Assembly: GCA_963850905.1 (NCBI GenBank)
Contig: CAWKMU010000003.1
Span: 3,456,001-3,520,000, forward strand
Length of the DNA stretch: 64,000 nt
Reading direction: 5' to 3'
Origin: an uncultured Gemmatimonadales bacterium
Lineage (GTDB): Bacteria; Gemmatimonadota; Gemmatimonadetes; Gemmatimonadales; Gemmatimonadaceae
The translations under genes and the position numbers were made by a program. Below, piece after piece: positions 19,212 through 29,584 of the stretch; the stretch's first letter is position 1; each line of letters starts with the position of its first letter. A model generated the notes under the pieces. The model was not told where the DNA came from, made no database searches, and worked only from the letters and a program-made list of their open reading frames with translations.

Positions 19212-21674
19212 CTACTCCGCGCGCAATGTGACCAGCGGATCCGCTTGGGTTGCACGCCTCGCGGGCAAGTAACACGCGAGGGCCGCCGCGGCAAGCACGA
19301 AGGAGGCGACGCACGCATACGTCACTGGATCGCCGGGCGCGATGCCGAACAGCATGCTCCGCAAGACCCGGGTCGCGGCAAGTGCGCCGAGAAACCCTAG
19401 CACGCACCCCGCCACCGCGAGCCGCATCCCTTGACGCAGCACGAGGCCTCGCACGTCAGCGCGTGCAGCGCCGAGGGCCAGTCGAATCCCCATTTCACGC
19501 CCCCGTTGACTGACGGTCGCCGTTAGCGCGCCGTAGATGCCGACAATCGCAAGCAGTACGGTGATCGCCGCGAAAGTGACAAACAGAAGAGCGCTAAAAC
19601 GCGGTCGGGCGAGGGGCGCCGCAAGCAGTTGACGCATGGACCCACCCCCAGCGATCACCCAGGCCGGATTGACCTCCTGCAGGGCGCGCCGGATCTCAGG
19701 CACAACGCCCTCGGACTCGGCGCGCGTTCGCACCGCCAGGGTCATCGGCATCGGGGCATCGGCTTGTCGGATGGGGACGTAGAGGCTGGGCTCGAGCCTG
19801 GTCAACTCATGATACCGCGTCTCCCCGACCACGCCGACCACAGTCAGCCAGTCGGTCGAGTCCTCTGGCGAGCCATTCTTGACCCGCTTGCCTATCGGAT
19901 CCTGACCAGGCCACATCTGTCGCACCAGGGCGTCGCTGACGATCGCCACATGCAGGGCGCTTTCACGATCCTGCTCACCAAACGCCCGTCCCCGCAGCAC
20001 CGGGATCCCCATCGTGTGGAAGTATCCCGGACTGACCACCTCGAAGTTCACCAATGGGTTGCTCTTCTGTGCGTCCGCCCTTTGACCTTCGCCGGTGATC
20101 ATCCCGAACCAACCACCCTGCGCGGAAAACGGAGGCTTGGGCATCATCGTCGCAGCGATCACGTCTGGACTCGCGCTCACCCGCGCGAGTGCGGCCTCTT
20201 GGAGCGCCACCCATTGGCTGCGTTGAGCGACGAGTTGCGGCGGGATGCTGGTCTCGACCACAAGGAGCCGGTCGGGATTGAATCCCATGTTGACGCTTGT
20301 CAACGCGATGAGACTGCGCGCAAGCAACCCTCCAGCGATCGCGACCAAAAAAGCGAGCGACACCTGACCAATCACCAGACCGTGCCGCAGCCGCTGCGTC
20401 CGACGGCTCGCCCCGAGCGTGCTGCGACCGGCTCGCAGCGATACGCCCACATCATCCGCCACAGCGAGGATCGCCGGCGCCAGCCCCGCGAGCAGCACCG
20501 CCAGCGCCGTCGCCACGATCGCGAACGCGAGGACCGCAGGATCGATCTGGATGACGTCGCGTCGCGGCAGCTCTGGCGGGGCGAACGCAATGATCGCGCG
20601 GATGGAGGCGGCCGCGATCAGAATACCCAAGACGCCTCCGGCGACACCCATGACGCCGCTCTCGATCAGAAGCTGTCGCACCAGGCGGTGCCGCCCAGCG
20701 CCGAGCGCGACTCGAATGGCGATCTCGTTCGCGCGGGCGGACGCACGGATCAGCAGGAGGTTGGCCACGTTGATACAGGCGATCAGCAGGAGCAGGCCGA
20801 CCGCGGCCGACCCAGCCCAGAGGATCGATCGCATGTTGCCGATGACGAGTGCGGGCAACGATGTGACGACCGGCCTCCCACCGCGTTCGGAGGCACTGCG
20901 CGCCGAATCCGTCGATCGCAGAAACGACTGGAAGTCGTCCCTCGCCCCCCGCAGGCTCGCCCCCGGGCGAAGGCGGCCAACCAGGTCGAATTGAATGGCC
21001 GGCGAGACTGCGGAGACATCCGCCGTCCCGGGGAACCATGGCAGCACAGCGAACCATGCCTGCGTGCGCTTCGGATACTCGAAGTCCCGGGGCAGGACCC
21101 CGATCACGGTATAACTTCGGCCGTTCCACTCCAGAGCGCGCCCGATGACCGACGCACTGCCACCGAACTGCCGCTGCCAGAAGGCGTAACTGATCACCAT
21201 CACCGGCGCGGCGCCCGGCACGTCGTCCGAGGGGCGCAAGAGCCGGCCGCGCACCGGCGAGACGCCGAGCACAGAAAAGAAATTCCCGGTTACCCAACTT
21301 CCGTCGAGCGGGACCGGCCGGCCGGCGTCCAGCATCACGCACTCGGACGCGCCCTGAAAGTTCACCCCCGCCACCGACTCGAACGCGTGCGTCGCTTCGC
21401 GGAACGTCGTCAGATCCCGATATGCGATCGGCCAGTGATCGACCCCACCAGTGGCCGCCTGCAGCCAGAGCACCGCGATGGCATCCTGGCCGCGAACAGG
21501 CAGCGTGCGAAACACAACCCCTCGCAGCGCGCTGAACATCGCAGTGCTTGCACCGATCCCCAGCGCGAGCGTCATCACCGCAACGACCGTGAAGCCGGCA
21601 CTTCGCCGCAGCGACCGGATGCCATACCTGGCATCCCGCAACCACGTATCGACCCGCAAATCGGCGCCGGTCAT
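19212..21674 (-). CDS. ADOP-type duplicated ABC permease
   Basis: DARYGIRSLRR, TLALGIGASTA, LLIACINVANLLL, REMGIRLALGA, YLPARRATQADP. Confidence 0.92.
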   Translation of the reverse strand: MTGADLRVDTWLRDARYGIRSLRRSAGFTVVAVMTLALGIGASTAMFSALRGVVFRTLPVRGQDAIAVLWLQAATGGVDHWPIAYRDLTTFREATHAFESVAGVNFQGASECVMLDAGRPVPLDGSWVTGNFFSVLGVSPVRGRLLRPSDDVPGAAPVMVISYAFWQRQFGGSASVIGRALEWNGRSYTVIGVLPRDFEYPKRTQAWFAVLPWFPGTADVSAVSPAIQFDLVGRLRPGASLRGARDDFQSFLRSTDSARSASERGGRPVVTSLPALVIGNMRSILWAGSAAVGLLLLIACINVANLLLIRASARANEIAIRVALGAGRHRLVRQLLIESGVMGVAGGVLGILIAAASIRAIIAFAPPELPRRDVIQIDPAVLAFAIVATALAVLLAGLAPAILAVADDVGVSLRAGRSTLGASRRTQRLRHGLVIGQVSLAFLVAIAGGLLARSLIALTSVNMGFNPDRLLVVETSIPPQLVAQRSQWVALQEAALARVSASPDVIAATMMPKPPFSAQGGWFGMITGEGQRADAQKSNPLVNFEVVSPGYFHTMGIPVLRGRAFGEQDRESALHVAIVSDALVRQMWPGQDPIGKRVKNGSPEDSTDWLTVVGVVGETRYHELTRLEPSLYVPIRQADAPMPMTLAVRTRAESEGVVPEIRRALQEVNPAWVIAGGGSMRQLLAAPLARPRFSALLFVTFAAITVLLAIVGIYGALTATVSQRGREMGIRLALGAARADVRGLVLRQGMRLAVAGCVLGFLGALAATRVLRSMLFGIAPGDPVTYACVASFVLAAAALACYLPARRATQADPLVTLRAE

Positions 21675-22170
21675 AGTCGGCACCCCCACAGACGGTAACC
21701 CGTCACGAACGGCCAACCGCCGAGCACGCTTCGTGACATCGGCTCGGCAAACAACGCCCGTCGTCCATCGCGACTCGTGCCCCGGATCCTTGTCATCTTG
21801 CTGAAGGTGCGGTGTCTATCTCGCGCCGGCGCTGGCGCATGCGGCTCAAGCCTGATGGAACGGTTATCAGCCACGGAGTAGGACGTTTTCGCTCCAGCTT
21901 GCCGCCAAAGCGTCGCCGAATTCTCCGAACGCCGGCGAACATAAGGCCTCAACCGGGGTTATGAGAGGCCTTGCGCTCGGGCGACGCCCAGATGGCGCGC
22001 TCGTCCGGCGCTAAAATTGCCCAGCATGCGGACTCGCATTCCGCCATCAATGGTGTTAGACAACAGGATTCGCGGAACACCTTGATACGCAACCGATCAC
22101 TTTCCGGTTCGAACACAAGGAATATCGCACCCGTGTTGGCCGATCACGCAATCGCCATCTCGGTGCGGCG

Positions 22171-23736
22171 ATGAGTGCTGTGGGAGACCCGATCGCCGCG
22201 ATGGCCGGCCGACAGCTGGACGAGCGGTGGGGAGCGCTGAGGCCGACCCGCGAATCGACGGTCGCCCTGGTGGTGGACGACTCACCTGGCAACCGCTACG
22301 CGGTCGCGCACACACTGCGCTTGGCTGGCCTGCAGGTGGTGGAAGGGGTGACTGGCCACGACGCACTGCGCCTCGTCGCGCACGAGCCGGACCTGATAGT
22401 GCTCGCCGTGAATCTGCCGGACATGAGCGCCAACGACGTCGTGCGCACCTTGAAGGGCAGTCCCGCAACCGCGTCGATTCCAGTGGTGCACGTGTCCGCG
22501 ACCTACATGCGTAACGTCGACAAAGCCGCGGGGCTCGAGGCGGGCGCGGACGCGTTCCTGACGCATCCCATCGATCCGGTCATTTTCCTGGCGACGATCC
22601 GCGCGCTGCTCCGAGCGGCGCGCGCCGAAGCACGCGTGCGAGACGTGGCCAACGAGTGGGTGCTGACGTTCGATGGCATCGCCGATGCCATTTTTCTGCT
22701 CGACGAGAGCGGCATTGTCGTTCGGAGCAACCGCGCGGGTGCGGCCCTCGTGGGGCTGCAGTCAAGAGATCTGATCGGGCAGTCGCTGGCCGCCGCGATC
22801 GAGCGGCGGTTCGGCGACGCCAGTCGAGACGCGATCACCCGGGTCGTGGAACAGGCGCCCGTGCAAGGACGTGAGGTACAAGTGGGCGAGCGGTGGTTCC
22901 TCGCGGCCGCCGATGACGTCCTCCTCGTGTCACAGCAGAGACGTATCACCGTCGCACTGACCGACATCCACGCCCGAAAAGCCGCGGAGCTCGAGCGTGA
23001 ACAGCTCATGTACGAAGCTGAGATCGCGCGGTACGCGGCCGAGCGCGCGAGTCGTGCCAAGACCGTGTTCCTCAGCGCGATCAGCCATGAGCTGCGGACG
23101 CCACTCAATGCGATCATGGGATACGCGGCCCTGCTTGCGGACGGGCTGCGCGGACCCGTCACCCCGCAGCAGAAAACGGATCTCACGCGCGTGGAGCGCG
23201 CTGCCGGTTACGTCACGCGCGTGGTCAACGACCTCCTCGACCTGGCACGTCTGGAATCCACGGACACCGCCATCGGCCGTGAGGTCGTCGATGTCGAGGA
23301 GTGCGTCGCGGCGGCCGCTGGGCTCGTGGCGCCGCAAGCGAACGCGAAAGGTCTCACTGTGACGGTCGCCGGTAGCGTGGAGAGTTTCACCTGTACGGGT
23401 GACCGCGACCGCATTTTACAGGTGCTGCTCAATCTCTTGTCGAACGCGATCAAATTCACCGCAGGGCCGGGGGAAATCTCGGTGTCGGGTGAGCGCGGCC
23501 AGGACAAGACCTCGATTTCGGTCCGCGACACCGGCCGCGGCATCGCGTCTGACCGGCACGAGGCGATTTTCCGCCCCTTTGTACAAGTGGGGTCGCGAAC
23601 GAACGACGCTGAGACGGGGGTGGGGCTCGGCCTTGCCATCAGCCGCGAGCTCGCGCGCAAGATGGGTGGGGACCTGACCGTTCAGAGTGCGCTTGGAGTC
23701 GGCTCAACCTTCACGCTGACGCTGCCCTCGGGCTGA
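22171..23736 (+). CDS. Hybrid receiver-PAS-histidine kinase; receiver phospho-Asp replaced by Ala
   Basis: VVDD, DLIVLAVNLPD, SHELRTPLNAI, NLLSNAIKFT, DTGRGI, GVGLGL. Confidence 0.9.
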   Translation: MSAVGDPIAAMAGRQLDERWGALRPTRESTVALVVDDSPGNRYAVAHTLRLAGLQVVEGVTGHDALRLVAHEPDLIVLAVNLPDMSANDVVRTLKGSPATASIPVVHVSATYMRNVDKAAGLEAGADAFLTHPIDPVIFLATIRALLRAARAEARVRDVANEWVLTFDGIADAIFLLDESGIVVRSNRAGAALVGLQSRDLIGQSLAAAIERRFGDASRDAITRVVEQAPVQGREVQVGERWFLAAADDVLLVSQQRRITVALTDIHARKAAELEREQLMYEAEIARYAAERASRAKTVFLSAISHELRTPLNAIMGYAALLADGLRGPVTPQQKTDLTRVERAAGYVTRVVNDLLDLARLESTDTAIGREVVDVEECVAAAAGLVAPQANAKGLTVTVAGSVESFTCTGDRDRILQVLLNLLSNAIKFTAGPGEISVSGERGQDKTSISVRDTGRGIASDRHEAIFRPFVQVGSRTNDAETGVGLGLAISRELARKMGGDLTVQSALGVGSTFTLTLPSG

Positions 23737-23831
23737 TTTGCGCGGTCATTGCCTCGACCGCGACGCCATCACGGGCACCGGCGGCGCCGCGATGCCGGCA
23801 CCCAGCGCGACCCACAGCCTTGCTGTCATGA

Positions 23832-23896
23832 GTAGGGCGACGCTTGCGTCGCCCGTTGTTGTCGTTGCCGTCGTCGTTCCAAACCCCAGACCCCGC
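23832..23896. repeat. REP variant plus right arm of the composite element
   Basis: GTAGGGCGACGCTTGCGTCGCCC, then gttgttgtcgttgccgtcgtcgttccaaaccccagaccccgc. Confidence 0.75.
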
Positions 23897-23907
23897 CGTC
23901 GACGTGG

Positions 23908-24747
23908 TTACGCCGGGACTGCCCCCGGCAGCGCGACGCCCAGCTCCTTGGCCATGAGCTCGAGGTCCAGCCCTTCTTTGCGGATGCGCAGGTCGAAGTA
24001 CAGGACCGTCGCCACGACCGTAAAGAATGGATAAATGATGATCCTCGCGAGATTGTCCGCGACCACCGTCGCCTGCGGCCCCGCGTGGACCACTGAGATC
24101 AGCGAGCTGAAAACGAGACCCACGACAAAGGCCGCCACCATGATGATGAGGCCCGTGATGAAGAGCGTCCCAAGCACCCGCAACACGGACCCCTTGGCGA
24201 GAAAATGCCCGCGGCCCAAGGCTTCGAGCGGATTCTTCCCCTCGACCATCACAATGTTGACGGCCGAGAAGAACCAGGCGATGCAGAAAAAGCCGGGAAT
24301 GAGGAAGAAGACGAAGCCGATACCGATGAGGATACCTTGCACCACTCCGGTGATGATGACTGCCCAGAACCGACTGAGGGCCCGGGACAGCGCGCCCGCG
24401 ATTGTCACCTCGCGGCCCAGGTAGTTGTCCGACACGATCACGACCGTCGTCGCTGACGCAAGCCCTCCGAACACGAACGCGATCGCGGTGGACAGTATGG
24501 CCCACTGGAACAGGCCCGTCGTATACGCACTTGCCGGTGCGACGGTCAACGCATTCGTCCCGAACGGATTGGTCGCGATGCTGGGTTGGACCCCCATCTG
24601 CGGAGCAATGAGCTCGTTCGCAATGAAGAGCGGGACCGTGAACAACGCGGTGGCCGTCACCAACTCGAGGTAGTTTTGCCGCAACAGGCTGACGGCCGCA
24701 TCAATGATTTCGGTCGTTGACCGGGGGCGCAGGGCGACAGGCGGCAC
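23908..24747 (-). CDS. Multi-pass membrane protein (GDPD membrane-domain-like)
   Basis: LRPRSTTEIIDAA at the N-terminus, several TM segments, LYFDLRIRKEGLDLE at the C-terminus. Confidence 0.75.
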   Translation of the reverse strand: MPPVALRPRSTTEIIDAAVSLLRQNYLELVTATALFTVPLFIANELIAPQMGVQPSIATNPFGTNALTVAPASAYTTGLFQWAILSTAIAFVFGGLASATTVVIVSDNYLGREVTIAGALSRALSRFWAVIITGVVQGILIGIGFVFFLIPGFFCIAWFFSAVNIVMVEGKNPLEALGRGHFLAKGSVLRVLGTLFITGLIIMVAAFVVGLVFSSLISVVHAGPQATVVADNLARIIIYPFFTVVATVLYFDLRIRKEGLDLELMAKELGVALPGAVPA

Positions 24748-24888
24748 GGAACACTCCAGGTGAAAGTGGCCTTCCGGGAGACGATCAGCGCGGCGCTAAT
24801 GTACCGTCGCCCGGCCGGATTCGCGATGCTGAGCTCGCTAGCCCGGCCGCGCAGCCCGCCGGCCATTCATGCTGGACCAACGGCGGGT

Positions 24889-26154
24889 CTACGTCACCTC
24901 GAGCGCGACCGACGGAGCCAGGTGCTCGAACTCGACGTGCTCGCCAGCAGCTTTGCCGATCGCCGGGAACAACCGTGCGGACAGCGGCTTGTGCAGGCGA
25001 CTCGCCATCGTGGCGACGTCCTCGAGCACTTTGGCGATGCGCGGGGCCGGTGTGTCACCCGCGATAGGGACTGTGTCCAACCCTGTGCCACACACGGACG
25101 AGTAAAGCAAGAGCTCCCGGACGCCGTAGCGGCCTTCGCTTGCTCGCGTGGCAAGCACCGGGTCCTCGAGCACGGGCAGCATGAGCCCCGAGTATCCACA
25201 CGTCCGGACGCGCAGTGATTTGATCGCCGCCGTGACAGCAGCGCAGGCTTGCAGCGTCGACGCGCCGCCGAATGGCACTCCGGTTAGTGTCTCGATCGCT
25301 GAGCCAATGCTCGCGTCGGTGCTTGGCGCCGGGGACGAGTCGATCCCGAGATACTCGAAGCCGGTTTCGCGCGCGACAGCGAGTGCCGCCGTTTCCAGGG
25401 GCGCATACAGAGTGGACATGGAGTCGCGGAGGCGCGACTCGCCAACCGCCGCGTCTCCGGCACCGTCGAACGCATCATGCACGAGGAGCGCCGACTCGAG
25501 GCCAATCGAGAATGACGGCGGCCCGTCGTGGTAGCCACCTGGAAAGAACGGCGAGCCGGGCGGCATGTTGGCGATGGCAGTGAACCGGAAGTTCGACGAT
25601 CCGCCGGGATTCGACCGCGCGAGCGCAAGAATGATCTCGCTCGCGGTCTTCGCGCTCTGGCGGCAGACGGGCAGATCCGGGGTCGCGATCATCGCGCTGA
25701 AATTGATTCGCTGCGTCGTGCGCGTGAACTCCACCAGCCAGTCCGCCAGGCTCGGATCGTACCGGTCGCCCGTGAGGACCGGACCCACACAGAGGCCGAC
25801 CTTCTCCTGCGTCGCCACGCGGTCGATCGCCTGCAGATCGTCCAGGACTCTGGCGCGCGCCGCGGCCGGTGCGTCCGCGACAAACGGCGATGTGGTTACG
25901 CGAACCCCCTCGACCTGAAAGCCGGCCGCTTCGATGCGGGCGCGAGCCGACCGGAGCATCGCAATGGCGCGACTAATGGCTTCCGGTGACGTGCCGTCGG
26001 TCGTGACGCCCGCCGTGATCGTGCGCACCTTGAACCGTGCTGGCGCGTCGTCGACAGACCACCGACGCAACACACGGAGGAGCGACGGACCCGTGGGGAG
26101 GATTGCGGCCGCACCAAGGGCCGTGATGAACTCTCGCCTGCTGTGATCCGGCAT
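24889..26154 (-). CDS. DUF711 family protein with Tat-like signal
   Basis: SRREFI; VRTITAG, NFRF, PFFP, GIDSS, GYSGLMLPVLED, YSSVCGTGLDTVP, KPLSARL. Confidence 0.85.
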   Translation of the reverse strand: MPDHSRREFITALGAAAILPTGPSLLRVLRRWSVDDAPARFKVRTITAGVTTDGTSPEAISRAIAMLRSARARIEAAGFQVEGVRVTTSPFVADAPAAARARVLDDLQAIDRVATQEKVGLCVGPVLTGDRYDPSLADWLVEFTRTTQRINFSAMIATPDLPVCRQSAKTASEIILALARSNPGGSSNFRFTAIANMPPGSPFFPGGYHDGPPSFSIGLESALLVHDAFDGAGDAAVGESRLRDSMSTLYAPLETAALAVARETGFEYLGIDSSPAPSTDASIGSAIETLTGVPFGGASTLQACAAVTAAIKSLRVRTCGYSGLMLPVLEDPVLATRASEGRYGVRELLLYSSVCGTGLDTVPIAGDTPAPRIAKVLEDVATMASRLHKPLSARLFPAIGKAAGEHVEFEHLAPSVALEVT

Positions 26155-26217
26155 CGATTGGCCCCTCTCGGTTCTCGGTAGTCGCGCGAGCTACGCTACG
26201 TCAGGCAGGCCGTGCGA

Positions 26218-26670
26218 TCAAGGTTGCGACTCATCGCGGCCACGCACCCCGCTACTGCGCCCTCGGGCGGCATAGTCCGCAATCACGCTTCGCACGAGCC
26301 GATTCCACCCCGGGAATGCCCGTTCGAGCCCGAGGACGGGCCAGCCGAACGCGTCAGACACGCCCAGCGCGACCCCAGGAGACCGACTGACCCCCGCGCC
26401 GCAGTGCACGACGATGCGGTCGACCTGCGGCCACCGCTCGACGAATTGCATGATCTCCCCAGCGTGCTCCGGGCCAAACAGCACATCGCTGGGCGCCGGG
26501 TCGGCGACGATATCGTTGAATGCCAGACGAAGGACGGCAACGAAGGCGGGAGAGAGATCGGCAGGCGTTGCCGCAGGATCACCAATCGAAATGCATGCCT
26601 CGACCTCGCGCGGCTCGTAGTGTTCCGCCTCCTCACGCGAGAGTACATGCAATCTGACCGGGCGAGGCAT
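26218..26670 (-). CDS. Cys-based (PTP/DSP-like) phosphatase
   Basis: ISIGDP, LAFND, VHCGAGVSRS (CX5R). Confidence 0.8.
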   Translation of the reverse strand: MPRPVRLHVLSREEAEHYEPREVEACISIGDPAATPADLSPAFVAVLRLAFNDIVADPAPSDVLFGPEHAGEIMQFVERWPQVDRIVVHCGAGVSRSPGVALGVSDAFGWPVLGLERAFPGWNRLVRSVIADYAARGRSSGVRGRDESQP

Positions 26671-26676
26671 GGGTCG

Positions 26677-27849
26677 TTATGAGGCGCCCGCACCGGCGGT
26701 CAGGCGACCTCGGAGCGCATCATCGGTCGCCAGATCGATGCAGGTCCAAGCCATCGCGAGCGCACCGTCCACGAGCGCCTTGTCGGCGTCCGGGGTGATG
26801 CAGTGAGCGGCGAATTCCGGCTGGTGATTGACGGCCGGCAGCGAATTGATGCCGATCATCGGGTGGATCGACGGGATGGCCAGAGAAACGTTGCCCATGT
26901 CCGTCGACCCCGTCGGCCGTGTCTCCCACTCGCCGAGGTTGGGGAACGGCCGCCCCAGCGCCTCCGAGTTCTGGCGATAGCGCACCGCCAGCGCCTCGTC
27001 GTGGCGCATTTCCGCGTACGGCTTGTCGCCGCCGGTAACGCTCAGCTTCGCCCCCGTCGCGAGGCCGCCGGCTTCGAAGCAGCGGTGTACCTTGGGGCGC
27101 AGTTCCTCGAGCTGGGCCAGCGTCTCCGAGCGGATGATGTACTTGGCGGATGTGTGCGCGGGGATGACGTTCGGCGCGGCGCCGCCGTTGGTGACGATGC
27201 CGTGGATCCGGTCCGTTGCGCGAATGTGTTGGCGCAGCAGCCCCAAGGCCGTTTGAGCGAGGGTCAACGCATCGGCCGCATTGATGCCGAGCTCCGGGAA
27301 TGCCGAGGCATGTGATTCCTTTCCGGTGTAGTGCACCTCGAACATCGACGCGGCGATGATCTTCGACCGGAGCATGTCGAACGGCGCCGGGTGCACCATC
27401 ATCGCCGCGTGGATGCCGTCGAACCCCCCGCGCTCCAACATCAGGATCTTCCCACTGGCGTTCCCGACCTCCTCGGCTGGCGTGCCGATGACCGTGACCG
27501 TGAGGCCGACATCATCTGCGACCGTGGCGGCGGCCACCGCCGCACCGACTGCCGAGGCGGCGATGACATTGTGCCCACATGCGTGGCCGATCCCTGGCAG
27601 ACAGTCATACTCGGCGCAAATCCCGACGTGCAGCGGACCGGAGCCCGCCGTCGCACGGAAGGCCGTCGGCAGGTCGCAGATGCCCTGCTCTACCCGAAAT
27701 CCTGCGTCGGCCAGCGATTCGCACAGCCACGACGCCGCCTGCACTTCCTCGAACCCCATTTCGGGGTGCGCGTGTATCCGGTGGCTGAGCGCCACGAGTT
27801 GGTCCTGTCGGGATTCGAATCGGGCACGCGCTGCGGACTTCACATCCAT
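26677..27849 (-). CDS. M20 family amidohydrolase
   Basis: HPEMGFEE, EYDCLPGIGHACGHN, GTPAEE, GSTDMGNVS, NHQPEF. Confidence 0.92.
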   Translation of the reverse strand: MDVKSAARARFESRQDQLVALSHRIHAHPEMGFEEVQAASWLCESLADAGFRVEQGICDLPTAFRATAGSGPLHVGICAEYDCLPGIGHACGHNVIAASAVGAAVAAATVADDVGLTVTVIGTPAEEVGNASGKILMLERGGFDGIHAAMMVHPAPFDMLRSKIIAASMFEVHYTGKESHASAFPELGINAADALTLAQTALGLLRQHIRATDRIHGIVTNGGAAPNVIPAHTSAKYIIRSETLAQLEELRPKVHRCFEAGGLATGAKLSVTGGDKPYAEMRHDEALAVRYRQNSEALGRPFPNLGEWETRPTGSTDMGNVSLAIPSIHPMIGINSLPAVNHQPEFAAHCITPDADKALVDGALAMAWTCIDLATDDALRGRLTAGAGAS

Positions 27850-27990
27850 GTCGTCGTTCCTCGCGGCTGTCGCGGCAATGCCAACGCCCACGCTTCCGGC
27901 GCGGGCGGCGACCTGTTCCGCCGCGCCCGTGCCATCCCCTATTGACCCCGCGCTAAGCTACCGCCGGGACATGACAGACGCGATTCGTTT

Positions 27991-28015
27991 CTAACGTCCA
28001 ACGTCCAACGTCCAT
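27991..28015. repeat. Short heptamer repeat (3 units plus a partial)
   Basis: ctaacgt ccaacgt ccaacgt ccat. Confidence 0.7.
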
Positions 28016-28020
28016 CCAAT

Positions 28021-29583
28021 GTGGACGCTCACCCGCACCAACCGGACGAAACGACCCTGGCTACTCAAGTCGCTCCCGTCGAGACCGCGCATCAGCGATC
28101 AGTAAGTATCCGGCCATCCCTCGTCTCGCTGGCGATCGGGCTCGGTATCGTACTGCGCGTGGTGCAGTACCTTGGCGATCGCTCCCTGTGGCTGGACGAG
28201 GTGTTCCTCAGCTACAACATCTTGGGCCGCTCCGCCGGCGAGCTCGCTCGGCTGCCGCTCAAGTACGGTCAGATCGCGCCACTCGGATTCCTGGAGCTCG
28301 AGCGATGGGCCGCAGCGACCTTTGGTCCTGACGAACGCGCGCTGCGACTCTGGCCACTCCTCGCTGGCATCGCTGCGCTCGTACTGTTTGCTCGCCTCGC
28401 GCAACGTCTGGTTCCCTCTCTTGCCGCGGGAGCCGTGGCGTTGTTCGCGGTGGCACCGCCCCTTGTGTACTACTCGGCAGAGGTCAAGCCGTACGCGTTC
28501 GATGTGTTGACGGCGGTGGCCCTTCCCCTCGTCGCGCTGGCGATTGTCGACGCACCGGTCGCTCGCCGTCGCTGGGTAGCGCTGGCAGTCGGCGGTACCG
28601 TGGCGTCGTGGCTATCGGTGACTGCCGTGTTCTCCCTGGCCGCAGTTGCAGTCGTGGCGGTCGCACACGCTTGGTTGCAGCGCCGGCACGATCGGTGGTG
28701 GCTCGTCGGCCTAGGCGCGATCTGGATGGCGAGCTGCCTGGCCGCGTTACTCAATGCCCGGCGCCGCGTGGAAGGGTTCACTCTTGCCTACATGCACCAA
28801 TACTGGGCAGCGTCCTTCTTCCCGGTACCCCCGCGATCGTTGCACGAAGCCTCCTGGCTCGTTCGCTTCGGGCGCGATGCGTGCGAGTGGCTCTTTGCCG
28901 TGCCCGCACCCCTCATCGTCGCCGCGTGCGTCGCAGTCGGCGTCTGGGTGCTGGTACGGCGCGATCGCTGGGGCGGCTTGGCCGTCGTACTGCCACTCAT
29001 GTTCGCCCTTGGCGCCTCGGCACTGCACCAGTATCCCCTGGAAGGCAGGCTGGCGCTGTTCCTCGCCCCGATGACCGTGCTTGCGACCGCGTCTGCGCTG
29101 AGCCTGCTCATTCGTCTACCACGCGTCGGGCTTGGCGCCGCGGCAACGGCATGCCTCCTCCTCACCGTCCGTCCCGTGTTGGCCTTTGCGCACAACCCCA
29201 GGGCCGCCCACGAGGACCTCCGTCCGGTGGTGGCTCAACTGGCGACGCGACGGGAGGCAGGCAATGTGATCTACGTGTACTGCGCGACGGAGGCGCCCTT
29301 TGGCTTGTACGCCGCGCTGTACGGCATCCCATCAGTCGCCACCGACCGTGGCGGCTGCGACCGCGCGCACTTCGATCGCTACCGCGGCCGCCGCCGCGTG
29401 TGGGTCGTGGCATCGGAGTACACGTGGGTATCGACACACGAATCCCCGCGGTCGTTCGCGAAGTACGTGGCCACGCTGGGCGTGCCGACGGACTCGATAG
29501 TGGCAACGGGCGCGTGGGCCCGCCTCTACGACCTCACGCAGCCGGCGACGCACGCAATGCCGGGGGACGGACCGAACCCGTAG
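28021..29583 (+). CDS. GT-C/GT39-like integral membrane glycosyltransferase
   Basis: RSLWLDE, APLGF, ERALRL, YYSAEVKPYAFD, many TM segments. Confidence 0.8.
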   Translation: MDAHPHQPDETTLATQVAPVETAHQRSVSIRPSLVSLAIGLGIVLRVVQYLGDRSLWLDEVFLSYNILGRSAGELARLPLKYGQIAPLGFLELERWAAATFGPDERALRLWPLLAGIAALVLFARLAQRLVPSLAAGAVALFAVAPPLVYYSAEVKPYAFDVLTAVALPLVALAIVDAPVARRRWVALAVGGTVASWLSVTAVFSLAAVAVVAVAHAWLQRRHDRWWLVGLGAIWMASCLAALLNARRRVEGFTLAYMHQYWAASFFPVPPRSLHEASWLVRFGRDACEWLFAVPAPLIVAACVAVGVWVLVRRDRWGGLAVVLPLMFALGASALHQYPLEGRLALFLAPMTVLATASALSLLIRLPRVGLGAAATACLLLTVRPVLAFAHNPRAAHEDLRPVVAQLATRREAGNVIYVYCATEAPFGLYAALYGIPSVATDRGGCDRAHFDRYRGRRRVWVVASEYTWVSTHESPRSFAKYVATLGVPTDSIVATGAWARLYDLTQPATHAMPGDGPNP

Positions 29584-29584
29584 G

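Noticed and set aside
19629..21698. 689-aa antisense ORF, and similar ones at 17275-18849, 31038-32486 and 43313-44803
   Set aside because: Shadow frames of real genes in high-GC DNA; Arg/Pro-rich with no recognisable motifs
21943..21972. Hairpin AAGGCCTC...GAGGCCTT as an ncRNA or terminator
   Set aside because: Lies between divergent genes, has no U-tract and no further structure
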